Shown: piece by piece, positions 37,245 through 47,145 of the stretch
How positions within the stretch are numbered: position 1 is the stretch's first letter
How the letters are laid out: every line of letters begins with the position of its first letter
Virus record (IMG/VR): IMGVR_UViG_3300046542_000332
Span: 1 to 64,000 of that record
Source: a virus
Reading direction: 5' to 3' (one strand)
Length of the DNA: 64,000 nt
The notes under the pieces: model-generated
What the model saw: the letters and a program-made list of their open reading frames with translations, nothing else
Database searches by the model: none
What the model was told of the DNA's origin: nothing
Position numbers and translations under genes: made by a program

Positions 37245-39668
37245 TCAGTACAGCCTGAACCAGTTGAGACTAGATGCGCGCCATATGTAGGCGAAGCCAG
37301 CACCCGCCGAGAGCGTCGTTGGCTTGGCGTTGACCGTGTGGCCGGTCGTGCCAGTGCCTGCCGAGACGGTCAGGGCAGTGATGATTCGGTTTGTCGCAAC
37401 TTTCACCTCCATGCCATCAACAGGGTTGACGGGCAGCAATACGGTGTACGCGGCCAGGGTCGCGGCTGGGTTCAGGATCACGGTCGGGGCGTTATCGGGA
37501 ACCTGGAAACTACCGCCATCAGCGGCAACGATTGCCGAATATTGCCGGTCAGAGTTTGCAGAGTCGCCGCTGTAGCCAATCACGCGAACGTTGCCTAACT
37601 TACCCCCGCTATTGTCTTTCCATTCGCCGGTCACGTTGCCGCGCAGGCTGCCGCCGAGCCAGTTACAGTCAACGGCCCCGGCCGCCGCTTCAAACCCATA
37701 CTTATGCTTCGGCGTACCTACGCCAGGCCCTGAGCTTGCTCCGGTTTCGCAACCAATAGCGTTAAACGTATTGGCGGTGGTATCACAGAACACAGCAGAG
37801 TACGCAGCAGAGCCCGACTGTGAGTTGCCGCCCATGTTAACGCCGTTCAGTTTTACCTTACTGCCTGCGTTGTACAGGCCGCATTTGAAGTTACCGGAAA
37901 TCTTGCGGCCTTTGGCTGAAACGTTTACAACGCCAGCGCCGACATACAGCCCGTGTCCACTAACGCTGCCATGTAGGTAGCTGTCAGTGAAGTGGATGTC
38001 TTGACCTGACTCGATGCGCGCCGTGTCACCATAGACAAACTCCACCTCTGCATCGTAATACGCTGCAAATCCGCCAGCCGTAGTGGCCGCACTGTTGACG
38101 TGATGAATACCGGTGCTGGTCTTTAGTACCACCAGACCAAACGCCTGGATCGTGTTGAAGTTACCGTCAATGGTAAAACCGCGCGGACGCGAAGCAGCAT
38201 CAATCGACTCATTAGCGGTCAGTGTCAGGCCAAAAATCTTCAACAGGTCTGAACGCTCGACAGTACCATCACCCAAGAACAGGTCAGTACCTCGGTAATA
38301 GGCCATCTGCGTGTTCATGATAACAGTTGTATTGGCCTTCTTAACCCTGATCCCGTTCCAGCCATTGGCGCCGCGCACGTTGGCGATGGTGCAGATGTTG
38401 GAGCCGTTGACGACCAAAGAATAGCCGCCCGTCATCAGGGCCGCATCAATGCGCAGAGTGTCAACCCCGCACCCATTCCCGCTGTTAGAAGCGAAAGTGA
38501 GAATGTCGAATGTCCCGCCCAGGGCTTTAATTGTGCTGCGAATGCTCGCACCGCGAACGCTCTGATACTGCGCGGCACAAGTCAAACCTACCGTTGTGCC
38601 GTATGTTTTTTCACCCAGATACATCGACAAACCGGTAGCCAAGTGCGCCGTCAGCGCCGCGCCGTCGTCGGAGCCATCACCTTTTGCGCCAAACCACTCC
38701 GGGCACGGAGCGCGGTCAAATACACGCAGCCAGCGGCGACCATCACTGCCAACGATAGTGGTGCCGCCATTGTCTACGGCCAGACTGCCGGCATCCCAGT
38801 AAAACACACCATACAAGCCAGATTGCGTCAACCAAACCCGCGTAGCCGGCCCCGTGTAGTTTCGCAGGTCGGTGTAATTCCCCATCTTCTTGGACAGGTT
38901 CATCTGCGCGCCGACTGTTGAGCCATCCCAACTGACCTCAGCCGCACCCTTAGCAGGATCATTGCCGTCGGCCAAGTCCTGACGCAACGCCATGTCGTTG
39001 GCCACGACGAACTTGGTAACGTCCGTCACCCACTCGGTGGTTTCAAACGGCAAGGCCTCAGCCCGTGGGCGGTACAGGACGTCGTTTTGCGTCACCGTCT
39101 GCGCTGGGCGAATGACCGCGATTCCAGGCGCATAAGGCACCGACATTTCAAGCGCCAGACCACCAAGGTAGGTGTGATAGTCCGCTGTGCGCTCGGCTTT
39201 CTCGGCTTGATAGTTCGCCGCGTTCTCGGCAGCGAGCCCATCCTGTAGGTCGTCGAAATTCTGAATCAGGTCGTCAAAGCGGGCGTTAACGACAATGCGC
39301 ATCGGCGCGCCGTTGACGTAACTCCCTGGAGCGTCGAGCGTGAATTTCTTCGCGTCGTTGATGGTGAAGGCATAGTCAAGCAATCCGCCGGTGATCAAGG
39401 CCATGCTGGCGGTCGTTACCGTACTGTCGCCACTGATCACGCCGACATCGTATTGCGCCTGGCCGGTCACAAACGTGAACGGATACTGCTTGTTGACCTT
39501 GTTGAGGCTGGCCACTGATGCAGCGGCGGCGGCGGCGTCTGTAGCGGCCTGCTGCGCCTCTGTAACGGCTTCATCGCTGCGATCCACGGCATCGACAGCA
39601 GCCAGGCGCAGAGCCTCGTTAGAAATCGCCAGCGCATCCACTGACTGCGCAAGCTGTAAATAGGACAT
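37245..39668 (-). CDS. Tailspike / right-handed beta-helix polysaccharide depolymerase
   Basis: DNGGTTIVGSDGRRWLR, PEWFGAKGDGSDD pectate-lyase-like start; start MSYLQLAQ with GGAGG RBS. Confidence 0.8.
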   Translation of the reverse strand: MSYLQLAQSVDALAISNEALRLAAVDAVDRSDEAVTEAQQAATDAAAAAASVASLNKVNKQYPFTFVTGQAQYDVGVISGDSTVTTASMALITGGLLDYAFTINDAKKFTLDAPGSYVNGAPMRIVVNARFDDLIQNFDDLQDGLAAENAANYQAEKAERTADYHTYLGGLALEMSVPYAPGIAVIRPAQTVTQNDVLYRPRAEALPFETTEWVTDVTKFVVANDMALRQDLADGNDPAKGAAEVSWDGSTVGAQMNLSKKMGNYTDLRNYTGPATRVWLTQSGLYGVFYWDAGSLAVDNGGTTIVGSDGRRWLRVFDRAPCPEWFGAKGDGSDDGAALTAHLATGLSMYLGEKTYGTTVGLTCAAQYQSVRGASIRSTIKALGGTFDILTFASNSGNGCGVDTLRIDAALMTGGYSLVVNGSNICTIANVRGANGWNGIRVKKANTTVIMNTQMAYYRGTDLFLGDGTVERSDLLKIFGLTLTANESIDAASRPRGFTIDGNFNTIQAFGLVVLKTSTGIHHVNSAATTAGGFAAYYDAEVEFVYGDTARIESGQDIHFTDSYLHGSVSGHGLYVGAGVVNVSAKGRKISGNFKCGLYNAGSKVKLNGVNMGGNSQSGSAAYSAVFCDTTANTFNAIGCETGASSGPGVGTPKHKYGFEAAAGAVDCNWLGGSLRGNVTGEWKDNSGGKLGNVRVIGYSGDSANSDRQYSAIVAADGGSFQVPDNAPTVILNPAATLAAYTVLLPVNPVDGMEVKVATNRIITALTVSAGTGTTGHTVNAKPTTLSAGAGFAYIWRASSLNWFRLY

Positions 39669-39685
39669 GCTGCCTCCACGGTGCT

Positions 39686-39750
39686 CGAAAGCCACTTAAT
39701 TAGGCGCCAGTTTATGGCGCCAAAAAGTGGCTCCGAGGCCGGGGTTTGCA
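39686..39750 (-). repeat. About 65-bp promoter repeat shared with 42752-42816, containing the late promoter TGCAAACC...TAAACT
   Basis: cgaaagccacttaattaggcgccagtttatggcgccaaaaagtggctc versus cgaaagccacttagttaggcgccagtttatggcgccgaaaagcggctc. Confidence 0.8.
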
Positions 39751-39775
39751 GGGTTTCAGGCGGTTTTCAGACAAA

Positions 39776-39800
39776 GAAAAGCCCGCACTTGGCGGGCTCT
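39776..39800 (-). terminator. Terminator after the SGNH gene
   Basis: agcccgc-acttg-gcgggct plus U-rich tail. Confidence 0.65.
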
Positions 39801-39851
39801 CATTGCAACTACAAAAAACTGCTTAGTGGCGACCTGGAACCGCTTTCAAAC

Positions 39852-42659
39852 TCACGATTCCAAGATAGCCGACCGAATGTTATCGAACATCAAACCATAG
39901 CCATAGTCATTGGGGTGAAGCCCGTCTGCTGTCCAGGTTTCACCTTTGATCTTGGCCATGACCGTCGCTTCATGGTTGTTGATGAAGGCCAACCCTAACT
40001 CACTGGCAACCTGCTTAGTCACCATCGCCACCTCACGTTGGCCATATACCTTGCCGCCATTAGGGCTCTCCCCAGCGGCCGGGATCGCATTAGCCGCCAT
40101 CATCACCACATCTTTCCCGGCGGCTACTAACGTCTTGGCTATACTGGCCAGGTTGAGATAGGTGACGTGCGGGCCTTTGGCGGATCTATCGTTCGTCCCA
40201 AGCTGCACAAAAACAAACTCGCTTGTTTTGGCAATCACACCAAGAAGGTTTGGCGACGTGGCCAGCCATGTCCCTGTACTCGTTCCGCTTAGACTGTCAT
40301 TGATCAGCTTAACCGTCTTGTTAACCTTAAAGCCTTCCAGCCTAAAGGTGTTCAAGCCCGATTTATTGACCAGGCTCATCTGGTATTTCCCGAAGGGGAA
40401 CGTGATGTTCGCCAGCTGCGAAAAAGACTCAGCCCCGTAATACGAAAAGCTTCCAAGGAGGGCGCCATTTCCCCACAGCTCAACAATTGAGCCTGCCGGG
40501 TCCGCCGTGTTAATAGCGCAGTACATTACCGATAAATTATCACCTGTCAGCTCAAACTGAATCGGCTGATTGTAATGTCCTGATGCGCCGGCCGAGACCG
40601 CATCAAAGGCATAGTAATACCCTGTATAGGCAGCGGCATTAAATTTGCTGACCGGCACGACCTTGGCGCCATTGTTATAAATATGGAAATACGGGCCGTC
40701 GCCAGGATAGAACGGATTATCGAAGGCCACGAAACGGTTAGCCGAATACGACGCCACACCATCCCCGGCAACAAGAACGCCATCGGCGAAGCTTTCGCCC
40801 AGCCAGCGATGAAGTAAATTGGCCCAAGTGTTATTGGTCAGGATATTGCGGGTATCGCCCAAGTCTCCGTTGTTGACGCCCCCGGTCAGCGACCCTGTAG
40901 CACCCACACCCCAACCAATAGAATCTGCGACCAGATGAAGCGTCGGCGAATGCAATGGGTTGTAGAGCGCCGCCTTAAGCCGGTTGAGGGCGGTCGTGAC
41001 CACTGGGGCTGGCACTGGAAGGGCATTCACTTGGGTCGCCAAGCGCAAGAGTTCGCTATTGGGAATCAAGTTATGCAGCGGCTTGCCCACCACCAGCCAG
41101 TCTAGACTCCAAGACGTTTCGCCCGTACCGGCGGACAGTGACAGGTAAATCTGGTCAATGACCGCCCCGGCCCAAGCCGTGCCGTCTGGCTTCTTGCTGA
41201 TGTCGACCTCATAGGTCACCCACGACGTATCATCGACCAGGGAATACTTTGCGCTGGCCGCCACATTGTAGTAGTAGCCTGCCGCGCTTGTGGCGTCATG
41301 CAGATAGATCATGTACGCCCGCGCTGCACTGCCCGTTCGCTTAATTCGATACTTCAGCGAGGTATAGACGGTCGGATCGAATTTTTCGGAAACGCTTAGC
41401 GATCTTGCCGCAAAGCCATTTGTTGCAGTCGCCCCGTCGGGGGAAAACACAGTAACGCCACCGACCACACTTTTGGTAAAGCCTGACAGCGCCGCCCAAA
41501 AAGTCGAATAGGCACTGTTGGCCTCGATAAAAGGCAGGTAGCCGTAAGTGTCCCGTTTTGTCGCGCTGGTATCTACCAGGGTGCGGGCGGTTACCTCGGC
41601 CGCTAGGCCGGCGGCGCTCAAGGCAGCTTGGCGCTTAAGGTCGGCGTTTGGCGCCACATCAGATCGAGCCTGACCCACAATGAGCCAGTCCAGCTGCCAC
41701 GTAGAGTTGCCGTTCCCATAGGACAACGAAACGTAAATTTGATCCAGCAATATACCTGGCGTCCATTCCGTGCCGTCAGGCTTACGAGTCAGGTCAACCT
41801 CGTATGTCACCCACCCCCCATCATCCACCAGGTTGTTTGGTGTTGCGGAGTACGGGTAGTAGTCTGAATACACGCCCAGGCTATCCCGAACTTTAACCAC
41901 ATACAGACGATTCAGCGTGCCGGCCGTCCGGCGAATCCGATAGCGGAGCTTACCGTTTACGGTCGGGTCAATTCTTCCGGCGCCGGATAGCGTTCTTGCA
42001 AAATACCCAACCGTTGCAGTTACGCCATCGGGGGCAAATTGAATTCTTCCATTAACCACGGTCCTCACAAATCCCGATAACGAGTTAAATGAAGTGGGGT
42101 TATTGGCGTTGTAGGTTATGAACGGGAGCAAACCATAGTGGGCCTCGTCACCCACCACAGAGCCAGGGTAGCGCTTTACTTCAACGGCCACTCCGGCAGC
42201 GTTTTGATACAGGACCAGGTACTCGCTCGCGTCTGGACTCGGCACGCTGAAATATCGGTCGACCGGCGTCGCGAGCAGGCCCGCCGCCGTGGTCGCGTAT
42301 ACGCCCGCAGAGAGCTGGGCAGCATCAGCCGCCTGCTGAGACGCCAGCCGGTCGGCGCTCACCTCTTGCGCCACCGACAGCACGTCGGCAGCAAACGCCT
42401 CGGCCGCATCACGAGCGTTAATCACTCCCAAAGCGTTCGGGTAGCGATCAACCTCAACCGCTGCGCCAGCGTCGTTGCGGTACAGGACCAGGTACTCGTC
42501 CGCCTCAGCAGATGGCACGCTGAAATACGGCTCGCCCGACAGCAACCCTAAATCCGTATCGGCGAAGATGTTGGCGGTAGCCATGGCCTGAACCACCTCA
42601 GACCGCCGCGCCACCTGGAGAATTTCAAGCGCGCTGTCCAGCTCAATGATGCCCGCCAT
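39852..42659 (-). CDS. Virion-associated SGNH/GDSL esterase (probable polysaccharide deacetylase) with tandem carbohydrate-binding-like repeats
   Basis: ADSIG, SLSG, QLGTND and DGLHPN blocks; duplicated YFSVPS...YLVLY.N..G.AVEV.RYP head motif. Confidence 0.8.
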   Translation of the reverse strand: MAGIIELDSALEILQVARRSEVVQAMATANIFADTDLGLLSGEPYFSVPSAEADEYLVLYRNDAGAAVEVDRYPNALGVINARDAAEAFAADVLSVAQEVSADRLASQQAADAAQLSAGVYATTAAGLLATPVDRYFSVPSPDASEYLVLYQNAAGVAVEVKRYPGSVVGDEAHYGLLPFITYNANNPTSFNSLSGFVRTVVNGRIQFAPDGVTATVGYFARTLSGAGRIDPTVNGKLRYRIRRTAGTLNRLYVVKVRDSLGVYSDYYPYSATPNNLVDDGGWVTYEVDLTRKPDGTEWTPGILLDQIYVSLSYGNGNSTWQLDWLIVGQARSDVAPNADLKRQAALSAAGLAAEVTARTLVDTSATKRDTYGYLPFIEANSAYSTFWAALSGFTKSVVGGVTVFSPDGATATNGFAARSLSVSEKFDPTVYTSLKYRIKRTGSAARAYMIYLHDATSAAGYYYNVAASAKYSLVDDTSWVTYEVDISKKPDGTAWAGAVIDQIYLSLSAGTGETSWSLDWLVVGKPLHNLIPNSELLRLATQVNALPVPAPVVTTALNRLKAALYNPLHSPTLHLVADSIGWGVGATGSLTGGVNNGDLGDTRNILTNNTWANLLHRWLGESFADGVLVAGDGVASYSANRFVAFDNPFYPGDGPYFHIYNNGAKVVPVSKFNAAAYTGYYYAFDAVSAGASGHYNQPIQFELTGDNLSVMYCAINTADPAGSIVELWGNGALLGSFSYYGAESFSQLANITFPFGKYQMSLVNKSGLNTFRLEGFKVNKTVKLINDSLSGTSTGTWLATSPNLLGVIAKTSEFVFVQLGTNDRSAKGPHVTYLNLASIAKTLVAAGKDVVMMAANAIPAAGESPNGGKVYGQREVAMVTKQVASELGLAFINNHEATVMAKIKGETWTADGLHPNDYGYGLMFDNIRSAILES

Positions 42660-42739
42660 TACTGAGCACCCGACAAGGCTGGCAGGTCACTCGAAAGGGG
42701 CTCGTTTGTACCTGTCGCCAAAATTAATGCAGTCGTCAT
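42659..42739 (-). CDS. 26-aa leader ORF coupled (TAATG) to the SGNH gene, or a frameshifted N-terminus of it
   Basis: GAGG RBS, ATG at 42739, MTTALILATGTNEPLSSDLPALSGAQ-stop. Confidence 0.45.
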   Translation of the reverse strand: MTTALILATGTNEPLSSDLPALSGAQ

Positions 42740-42751
42740 GCTATGCCTCTA

Positions 42752-42816
42752 CGAAAGCCACTTAGTTAGGCGCCAGTTTATGGCGCCGAAAAGCGGCTCA
42801 GATTACTTGGTTTGCA
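42752..42816 (-). repeat. Second copy of the 65-bp late-promoter repeat
   Basis: See 39686-39750. Confidence 0.8.
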
Positions 42817-42828
42817 GGCTTTCGGGCA

Positions 42829-42856
42829 CAAAAAACCCGCCATGTAGGCGGGCTCT
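42829..42856 (-). terminator. Intrinsic terminator
   Basis: cccgcc-atgta-ggcggg plus U6. Confidence 0.65.
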
Positions 42857-42868
42857 TTAGGGGGTGGG

Positions 42869-43363
42869 TTACTGGCCCGGATCGTCCTCGTCTTCATCCT
42901 CAAAGCCGTCGGTCACGGTCATCTGTAGCGGGAACTTGTCCAGTAGCTGGCGAACCACCAGAAGGCCGGCGCGCATGCCCTTGGCGAAGTCCTCGCTGAT
43001 CGCTACAGGCTCGGCACCATCACCAAGGACCACCTGGTTGCCCGCCTTGGCGTGCGCCAGCAGCAACTCGACTTGCTCCATACGGTTGGCGTGCCAGCGC
43101 TCCAGGAAGCGAATACCCTCGACGGAATCGGGCAAATGGATCACGCGCCGGATCAAGCCCTTGAACTCTTCGGTGGCCAGCACGTAGTCGTCTTTGGCGT
43201 CATCCGTGGAATATGGGTGATCGATCTTGCTGAATTGCCCGGCCAGGGCCTGCTGAGAGGTCATCACCTCCGTTAGAAGGCGCTCACGGGCCTGCTCAGG
43301 CGTTTCCTTGGGTGTAGTCGATACAAGCCCGGAAAGGTCCGGGGTTTCATTTTCAAAGCTCAT
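42869..43363 (-). CDS. Hypothetical phage protein
   Basis: 164-aa ORF overlapping the end of the LytTR gene. Confidence 0.65.
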   Translation of the reverse strand: MSFENETPDLSGLVSTTPKETPEQARERLLTEVMTSQQALAGQFSKIDHPYSTDDAKDDYVLATEEFKGLIRRVIHLPDSVEGIRFLERWHANRMEQVELLLAHAKAGNQVVLGDGAEPVAISEDFAKGMRAGLLVVRQLLDKFPLQMTVTDGFEDEDEDDPGQ

Positions 43364-43745
43364 CTGGCGATTTGTCCATGGGGTAAGTGGGAGAGCGTTC
43401 GCGCCTCAGGTTGTGCTCGATCAGCTCGACTATGGTGTCCACGCAGCTACGGCGCGCCAGCTTGTACTCGCCCACCGTTGTCACAACGGTGATGAGGATA
43501 CTTCCGCCCTTGCGGGACCGAATCAGTCCGGTGACGTGGGAGCGCTTGACCAGCACGCCCCGATTGATCCGGATCAGGTCAGGCAACACCGTCTCAAGAG
43601 ACTTGAGTGTCGAGCCATCCGACAACAAGAACTCGCGACCATCCGGGGTGATACCTATCACATACTTGCTGTCTGCCTTGAACACCGCAAAATCGCGGGC
43701 CTTGATGTAATGAAATTGCCCGTCCCTGTACGCTTTCAAAATCAT
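43353..43745 (-). CDS. Stand-alone LytTR DNA-binding protein
   Basis: FKADSKYV...TLKSLE...LIRINRGVLV...KLARR. Confidence 0.8.
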   Translation of the reverse strand: MILKAYRDGQFHYIKARDFAVFKADSKYVIGITPDGREFLLSDGSTLKSLETVLPDLIRINRGVLVKRSHVTGLIRSRKGGSILITVVTTVGEYKLARRSCVDTIVELIEHNLRRERSPTYPMDKSPDEL

Positions 43746-43795
43746 CGGGTTAGATCCTTTTCCTTATTGCTGTTTGAGGCCGGGATAGCCGTAAA

Positions 43796-43812
43796 AAACT
43801 ATCCCTATACAT
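43796..43812 (-). promoter_or_regulatory. 17-bp operator-like site ATGTATAGGGATAGTTT (copy 2)
   Basis: 16/17 match to the other two copies; upstream of the LytTR gene. Confidence 0.6.
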
Positions 43813-43865
43813 TTTTCAGGCCGAAAAACGGCTTTTGTGGCGCCAAAACACCATCGCGCCACACT

Positions 43866-44063
43866 TCACGATTCTGACTTAATTACATCCCGCAATGGAA
43901 TCAGGCCCACCGAATCAGGCAGGCGGACGACCTCCAAGGTTCCGCCCTCACACAAGCCCTGCATCAGCCTGAGCAAGACCGGCTTGCACTCTTGCGGGAT
44001 CACCACACGACATAATGCGCCGTCGACACTGACAACGACCTGAACAAGCTCCACGTCACTCAT
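43866..44063 (-). CDS. Small hypothetical protein
   Basis: [11 protein letters not shown], overlapping the upstream stop. Confidence 0.55.
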   Translation of the reverse strand: MSDVELVQVVVSVDGALCRVVIPQECKPVLLRLMQGLCEGGTLEVVRLPDSVGLIPLRDVIKSES

Positions 44064-44586
44064 GAGCGCCACTGCTCGGTTTGTTATACGCGCCCGGGAA
44101 CATCTGCTGAGCCATTTCAGGCCCTACCATCGCTTCGGTACCCGAACGAACTATAGCCTTGAACTCGGCATCTGCTGCCTCGCTCATTGGTGTGCGCACC
44201 ATCATCCGCCGCGCTCGCTTGATCGCCTCCAACCACTGCTCATCGCTGAGCTGATAGGCACCTATTTCGGCGAACGACATCACGACCTTATCCGCCAGTG
44301 CCTCGCGGGCCTTCTTGAGGTCGTATTCTAGGTAGAACACAAACTCATGCGCGCCCGCCAACCGATCGATCTTGTCGCACACCTCGGAATCGGCGCCCAC
44401 GAGCTTGCGCAGCGCGTCCACATTCCAATAGCTGCTGTAGTCGCCTGAGTCACCGTTAGGGGAGCAGCTTATGTACTGATCAAGCCCATCCTCAGGGCAA
44501 ATGCTGCTAAAGATCGTGACGGCCTCAGCGCGGCCCTGTGCTCGGGCCCGGCGGATCACCGCTTGAATTGATTTGCTCTTTTTCAT
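44056..44586 (-). CDS. Hypothetical protein
   Basis: ATGA overlap with yejK. Confidence 0.6.
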   Translation of the reverse strand: MKKSKSIQAVIRRARAQGRAEAVTIFSSICPEDGLDQYISCSPNGDSGDYSSYWNVDALRKLVGADSEVCDKIDRLAGAHEFVFYLEYDLKKAREALADKVVMSFAEIGAYQLSDEQWLEAIKRARRMMVRTPMSEAADAEFKAIVRSGTEAMVGPEMAQQMFPGAYNKPSSGAHE

Positions 44587-45599
44587 GCCTTGGCATCCTG
44601 TGCGCGCTTGAGCTGGTCGGTGAGCTGAGTCGGCAGACCTTTAATCATCAGTGTGCCGGCGGCCTGGTCGTATTCAATCTTGTCGCCCATCAGGTGCGCC
44701 TCAAAGCTGATTGACAGGCCGTCAGAGCGCCCGGTGAAGCGGCGGAACTGATTCAGGGTGCGCTTATCGGCCGGAATCACAGGGGACAGGCCATAGTCCT
44801 TGTTGCGGATGTGATCGTAGAAGGCTTTCGGGCGCTCTTCGTCGATCAGCTCCGACAGCTCAGCCAGGCTCATAGGCTCGCCCAGCTTCGTCTGGCTGGT
44901 GGCGTAATCGATCAGGGTCTTGGTCCGCTCGCGCGCCGACTCTTCTGGCAGATCCTCGCTTTCCACGAAGTCACTGAATGCCTTGAGCAGCGTGCGGGTT
45001 TCGCCAGGGCCGTCGACACCTTCCTGACAGCCAATGAAGTCGCGGAAATACTCGGTAGCCTTCTTGCCGTTCTTGCCCTTGATGTAAGAGACGTATTGCT
45101 TCGACGCAGAATTACTCTTCCACTCGCTCAGGTTGATCCGGGCGGCCAGGTGGATCTGGTCCAGGTCCAGCCGGCGGATCGGCGTTACCTCAAGGCTGTC
45201 GCTCACCGTCACCGCATCGCTTTGCTGTAGGAGCGCGATTGTCAGGTATTCCGTCATGCCTTGCAGGTAGTGGGCAAACAGCACATGGCCGCCCGTGGAC
45301 AGGTTCGACTCTTCCAGTAGCTGGGTCAGATGCTCAACGGCGGACCTGGTGAACTCGGTAAACGTCTTGTCACCGGCGCAATAGCCTTTCAGCCAGCCAC
45401 TGAATGGGTAGGCGCCAGACTCAGGGTGAAAGAACCCCCAGCCCTTGCCGGCCTTGGCGTTGTAACTAGTGTTCAAATCAAGCAACAGATGATCGGTCGC
45501 CAGCGTCTCGACCAGCGGCTTATCGCTGATATGCAGGATGGCAGGCGTGCCGTCTGGCTTCTTGTCGATCTTGTGAATGGCGCTATTGATTACAGGCAT
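44583..45599 (-). CDS. yejK: Nucleoid-associated protein YejK/NdpA
   Basis: [15 protein letters not shown]...[13 protein letters not shown]...[10 protein letters not shown]...YFRDFIGC closely resembles Pseudomonas YejK. Confidence 0.9.
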   Translation of the reverse strand: MPVINSAIHKIDKKPDGTPAILHISDKPLVETLATDHLLLDLNTSYNAKAGKGWGFFHPESGAYPFSGWLKGYCAGDKTFTEFTRSAVEHLTQLLEESNLSTGGHVLFAHYLQGMTEYLTIALLQQSDAVTVSDSLEVTPIRRLDLDQIHLAARINLSEWKSNSASKQYVSYIKGKNGKKATEYFRDFIGCQEGVDGPGETRTLLKAFSDFVESEDLPEESARERTKTLIDYATSQTKLGEPMSLAELSELIDEERPKAFYDHIRNKDYGLSPVIPADKRTLNQFRRFTGRSDGLSISFEAHLMGDKIEYDQAAGTLMIKGLPTQLTDQLKRAQDAKA

Positions 45600-45623
45600 G
45601 GTGATTCCTCAGGGTTGTGGGGG

Positions 45624-46013
45624 TTAGATGAATGTTTTCAGTTCGGTGTCTTTGCCGGTGCGGCGGTAAAACTCGGAGCGCTTGAGATACATTACGTGCA
45701 AGCACTCTTCGCACGCGTCGGCGGTGTTCGCCTCGTTGCGGGCGGCCTTGTTGGTTCGGATGACGTAGGCGCCACAATCGCAGCGCATCACCCATTTGAG
45801 CGCGGCGCCCTCTGACAGGCCTATAGCGACCAAGCGCCCGCGCCGCACGCCAGCCAGATCGCTGTAGCCCGGCACGCTTCTATCGCGCCTTGTCGCTTGA
45901 CGGATCGGCGGGCACACCTCGAAAACCTGCGAGCCGTGGCGCTTGTTCGGCCTGTAGTGAGTGCCAGCGGATACCACGCGGGCGGCGGTGGCGTTAACAG
46001 GGCGACGGTTCAT
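45624..46013 (-). CDS. Cys-containing protein resembling the N-terminal domain of AP2/HNH homing proteins
   Basis: DLAGVRRGRLVAIG...WVMRCDCG; no nuclease domain. Confidence 0.55.
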   Translation of the reverse strand: MNRRPVNATAARVVSAGTHYRPNKRHGSQVFEVCPPIRQATRRDRSVPGYSDLAGVRRGRLVAIGLSEGAALKWVMRCDCGAYVIRTNKAARNEANTADACEECLHVMYLKRSEFYRRTGKDTELKTFI

Positions 46014-46195
46014 CGCCGCACCTCATGCGCCAGCATGAAACCCATCTTTACGAGCAGATAGGCCCAGTACAGCGGCCACACGGCGATACGACGAAACAGA
46101 TAGGTTTCATGGCGTGGCATGTCCATTGACAGCAGGGTGATAAGACAGCCGGCCATGTAGCCGACTACCAGCGCCGCCAGTGCGTCCTCACTCAT
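46010..46195 (-). CDS. Small membrane protein
   Basis: Two hydrophobic segments, WPLYW. Confidence 0.55.
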   Translation of the reverse strand: MSEDALAALVVGYMAGCLITLLSMDMPRHETYLFRRIAVWPLYWAYLLVKMGFMLAHEVRR

Positions 46196-46455
46196 TGCGC
46201 GCCACCATCGACGAACACGATTGCGTTATTGGTCATGCGGACAAACACCGCTGTATCACCCACCAGCTCAGCGAGCGTCGTCATGTACTGGGCTACGCGC
46301 GCCAGCGGCAACCCGGCGAAGCCGATGCCCTCCAGCACGAAAGAAAGCTCGCCAGCGATAGGAGCGGCGACAGGAGCCGGACACCCGCCGTGGGGCGAGC
46401 ACATACCCGGCGTCTGGCAGGGCTGCATTGATTTGCGGCAGATCATGGCGCTCAT
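46192..46455 (-). CDS. Small hypothetical protein
   Basis: Prophage-type CQTPGMCSPHGGC motif. Confidence 0.6.
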   Translation of the reverse strand: MSAMICRKSMQPCQTPGMCSPHGGCPAPVAAPIAGELSFVLEGIGFAGLPLARVAQYMTTLAELVGDTAVFVRMTNNAIVFVDGGAQ

Positions 46456-47075
46456 GGCTTCCTCCCGCGCACTGAGTGGTCGATAGCTTGGTCAATATGC
46501 TTGGCGCGTAGGTGCTCATCGCATACGTGCAGGTTTACCCAGTTGTCCAGATAGCCGCCATCGCGCAGCTTCTGGTAGCGCTCAGCGTTAGCCTCAGCCT
46601 CTACGCGGCACTGGTGCGGCGTCTTGCCCTCTACCCGTTGCAGGGTGACAACCAGCGAGCCGAGTTCCGGGTGCGTGGCACTGTCAAAGCGCAGCTCCAG
46701 ATAGTTGATGGCCTTGCTCTCATAGAACTGATCGCCGAACACCTGAGCCAGCATGCCGCATGCGCCGCCTTCAAAGCCCAGCGTCATACCGCCATCGCCC
46801 GGAACCAATCCGGTCAGCATGGTGGAGGTCACGACCTTTTCGGCGAGCAGATTGCGCAGGCGTTCGTTCTCAGCCTTGAGCTGATCGCGTTCCTGCATTG
46901 TTTCCATGCGGAATGCACCATGGGCGCCATACGCAACGGCGGTCATTCTCTTTGTCTCGGCGAGCAGATGCAGGGTATCGCCGGAACTGGCGCCTATGCC
47001 GCGCTCGGCGTCTTGCTTGATTCTGGCCAGGTGGTCGGTTGTGATCGGCGCCGGCGCTGAGGTGGACTTACTCAT
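46452..47075 (-). CDS. Ead/Ea22-like phage protein
   Basis: ERDQLKAENERLR, NYLELRF...VTLQRVEGKTPHQ, NAERYQKLRD; start MSKSTS. Confidence 0.6.
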   Translation of the reverse strand: MSKSTSAPAPITTDHLARIKQDAERGIGASSGDTLHLLAETKRMTAVAYGAHGAFRMETMQERDQLKAENERLRNLLAEKVVTSTMLTGLVPGDGGMTLGFEGGACGMLAQVFGDQFYESKAINYLELRFDSATHPELGSLVVTLQRVEGKTPHQCRVEAEANAERYQKLRDGGYLDNWVNLHVCDEHLRAKHIDQAIDHSVRGRKP

Positions 47076-47145
47076 AAGGTTTATTCCGAGTATGTGGGGC
47101 GGGCGCCAGCATATCAGCGGAATAGCCATTATCAAAACATTGTTT

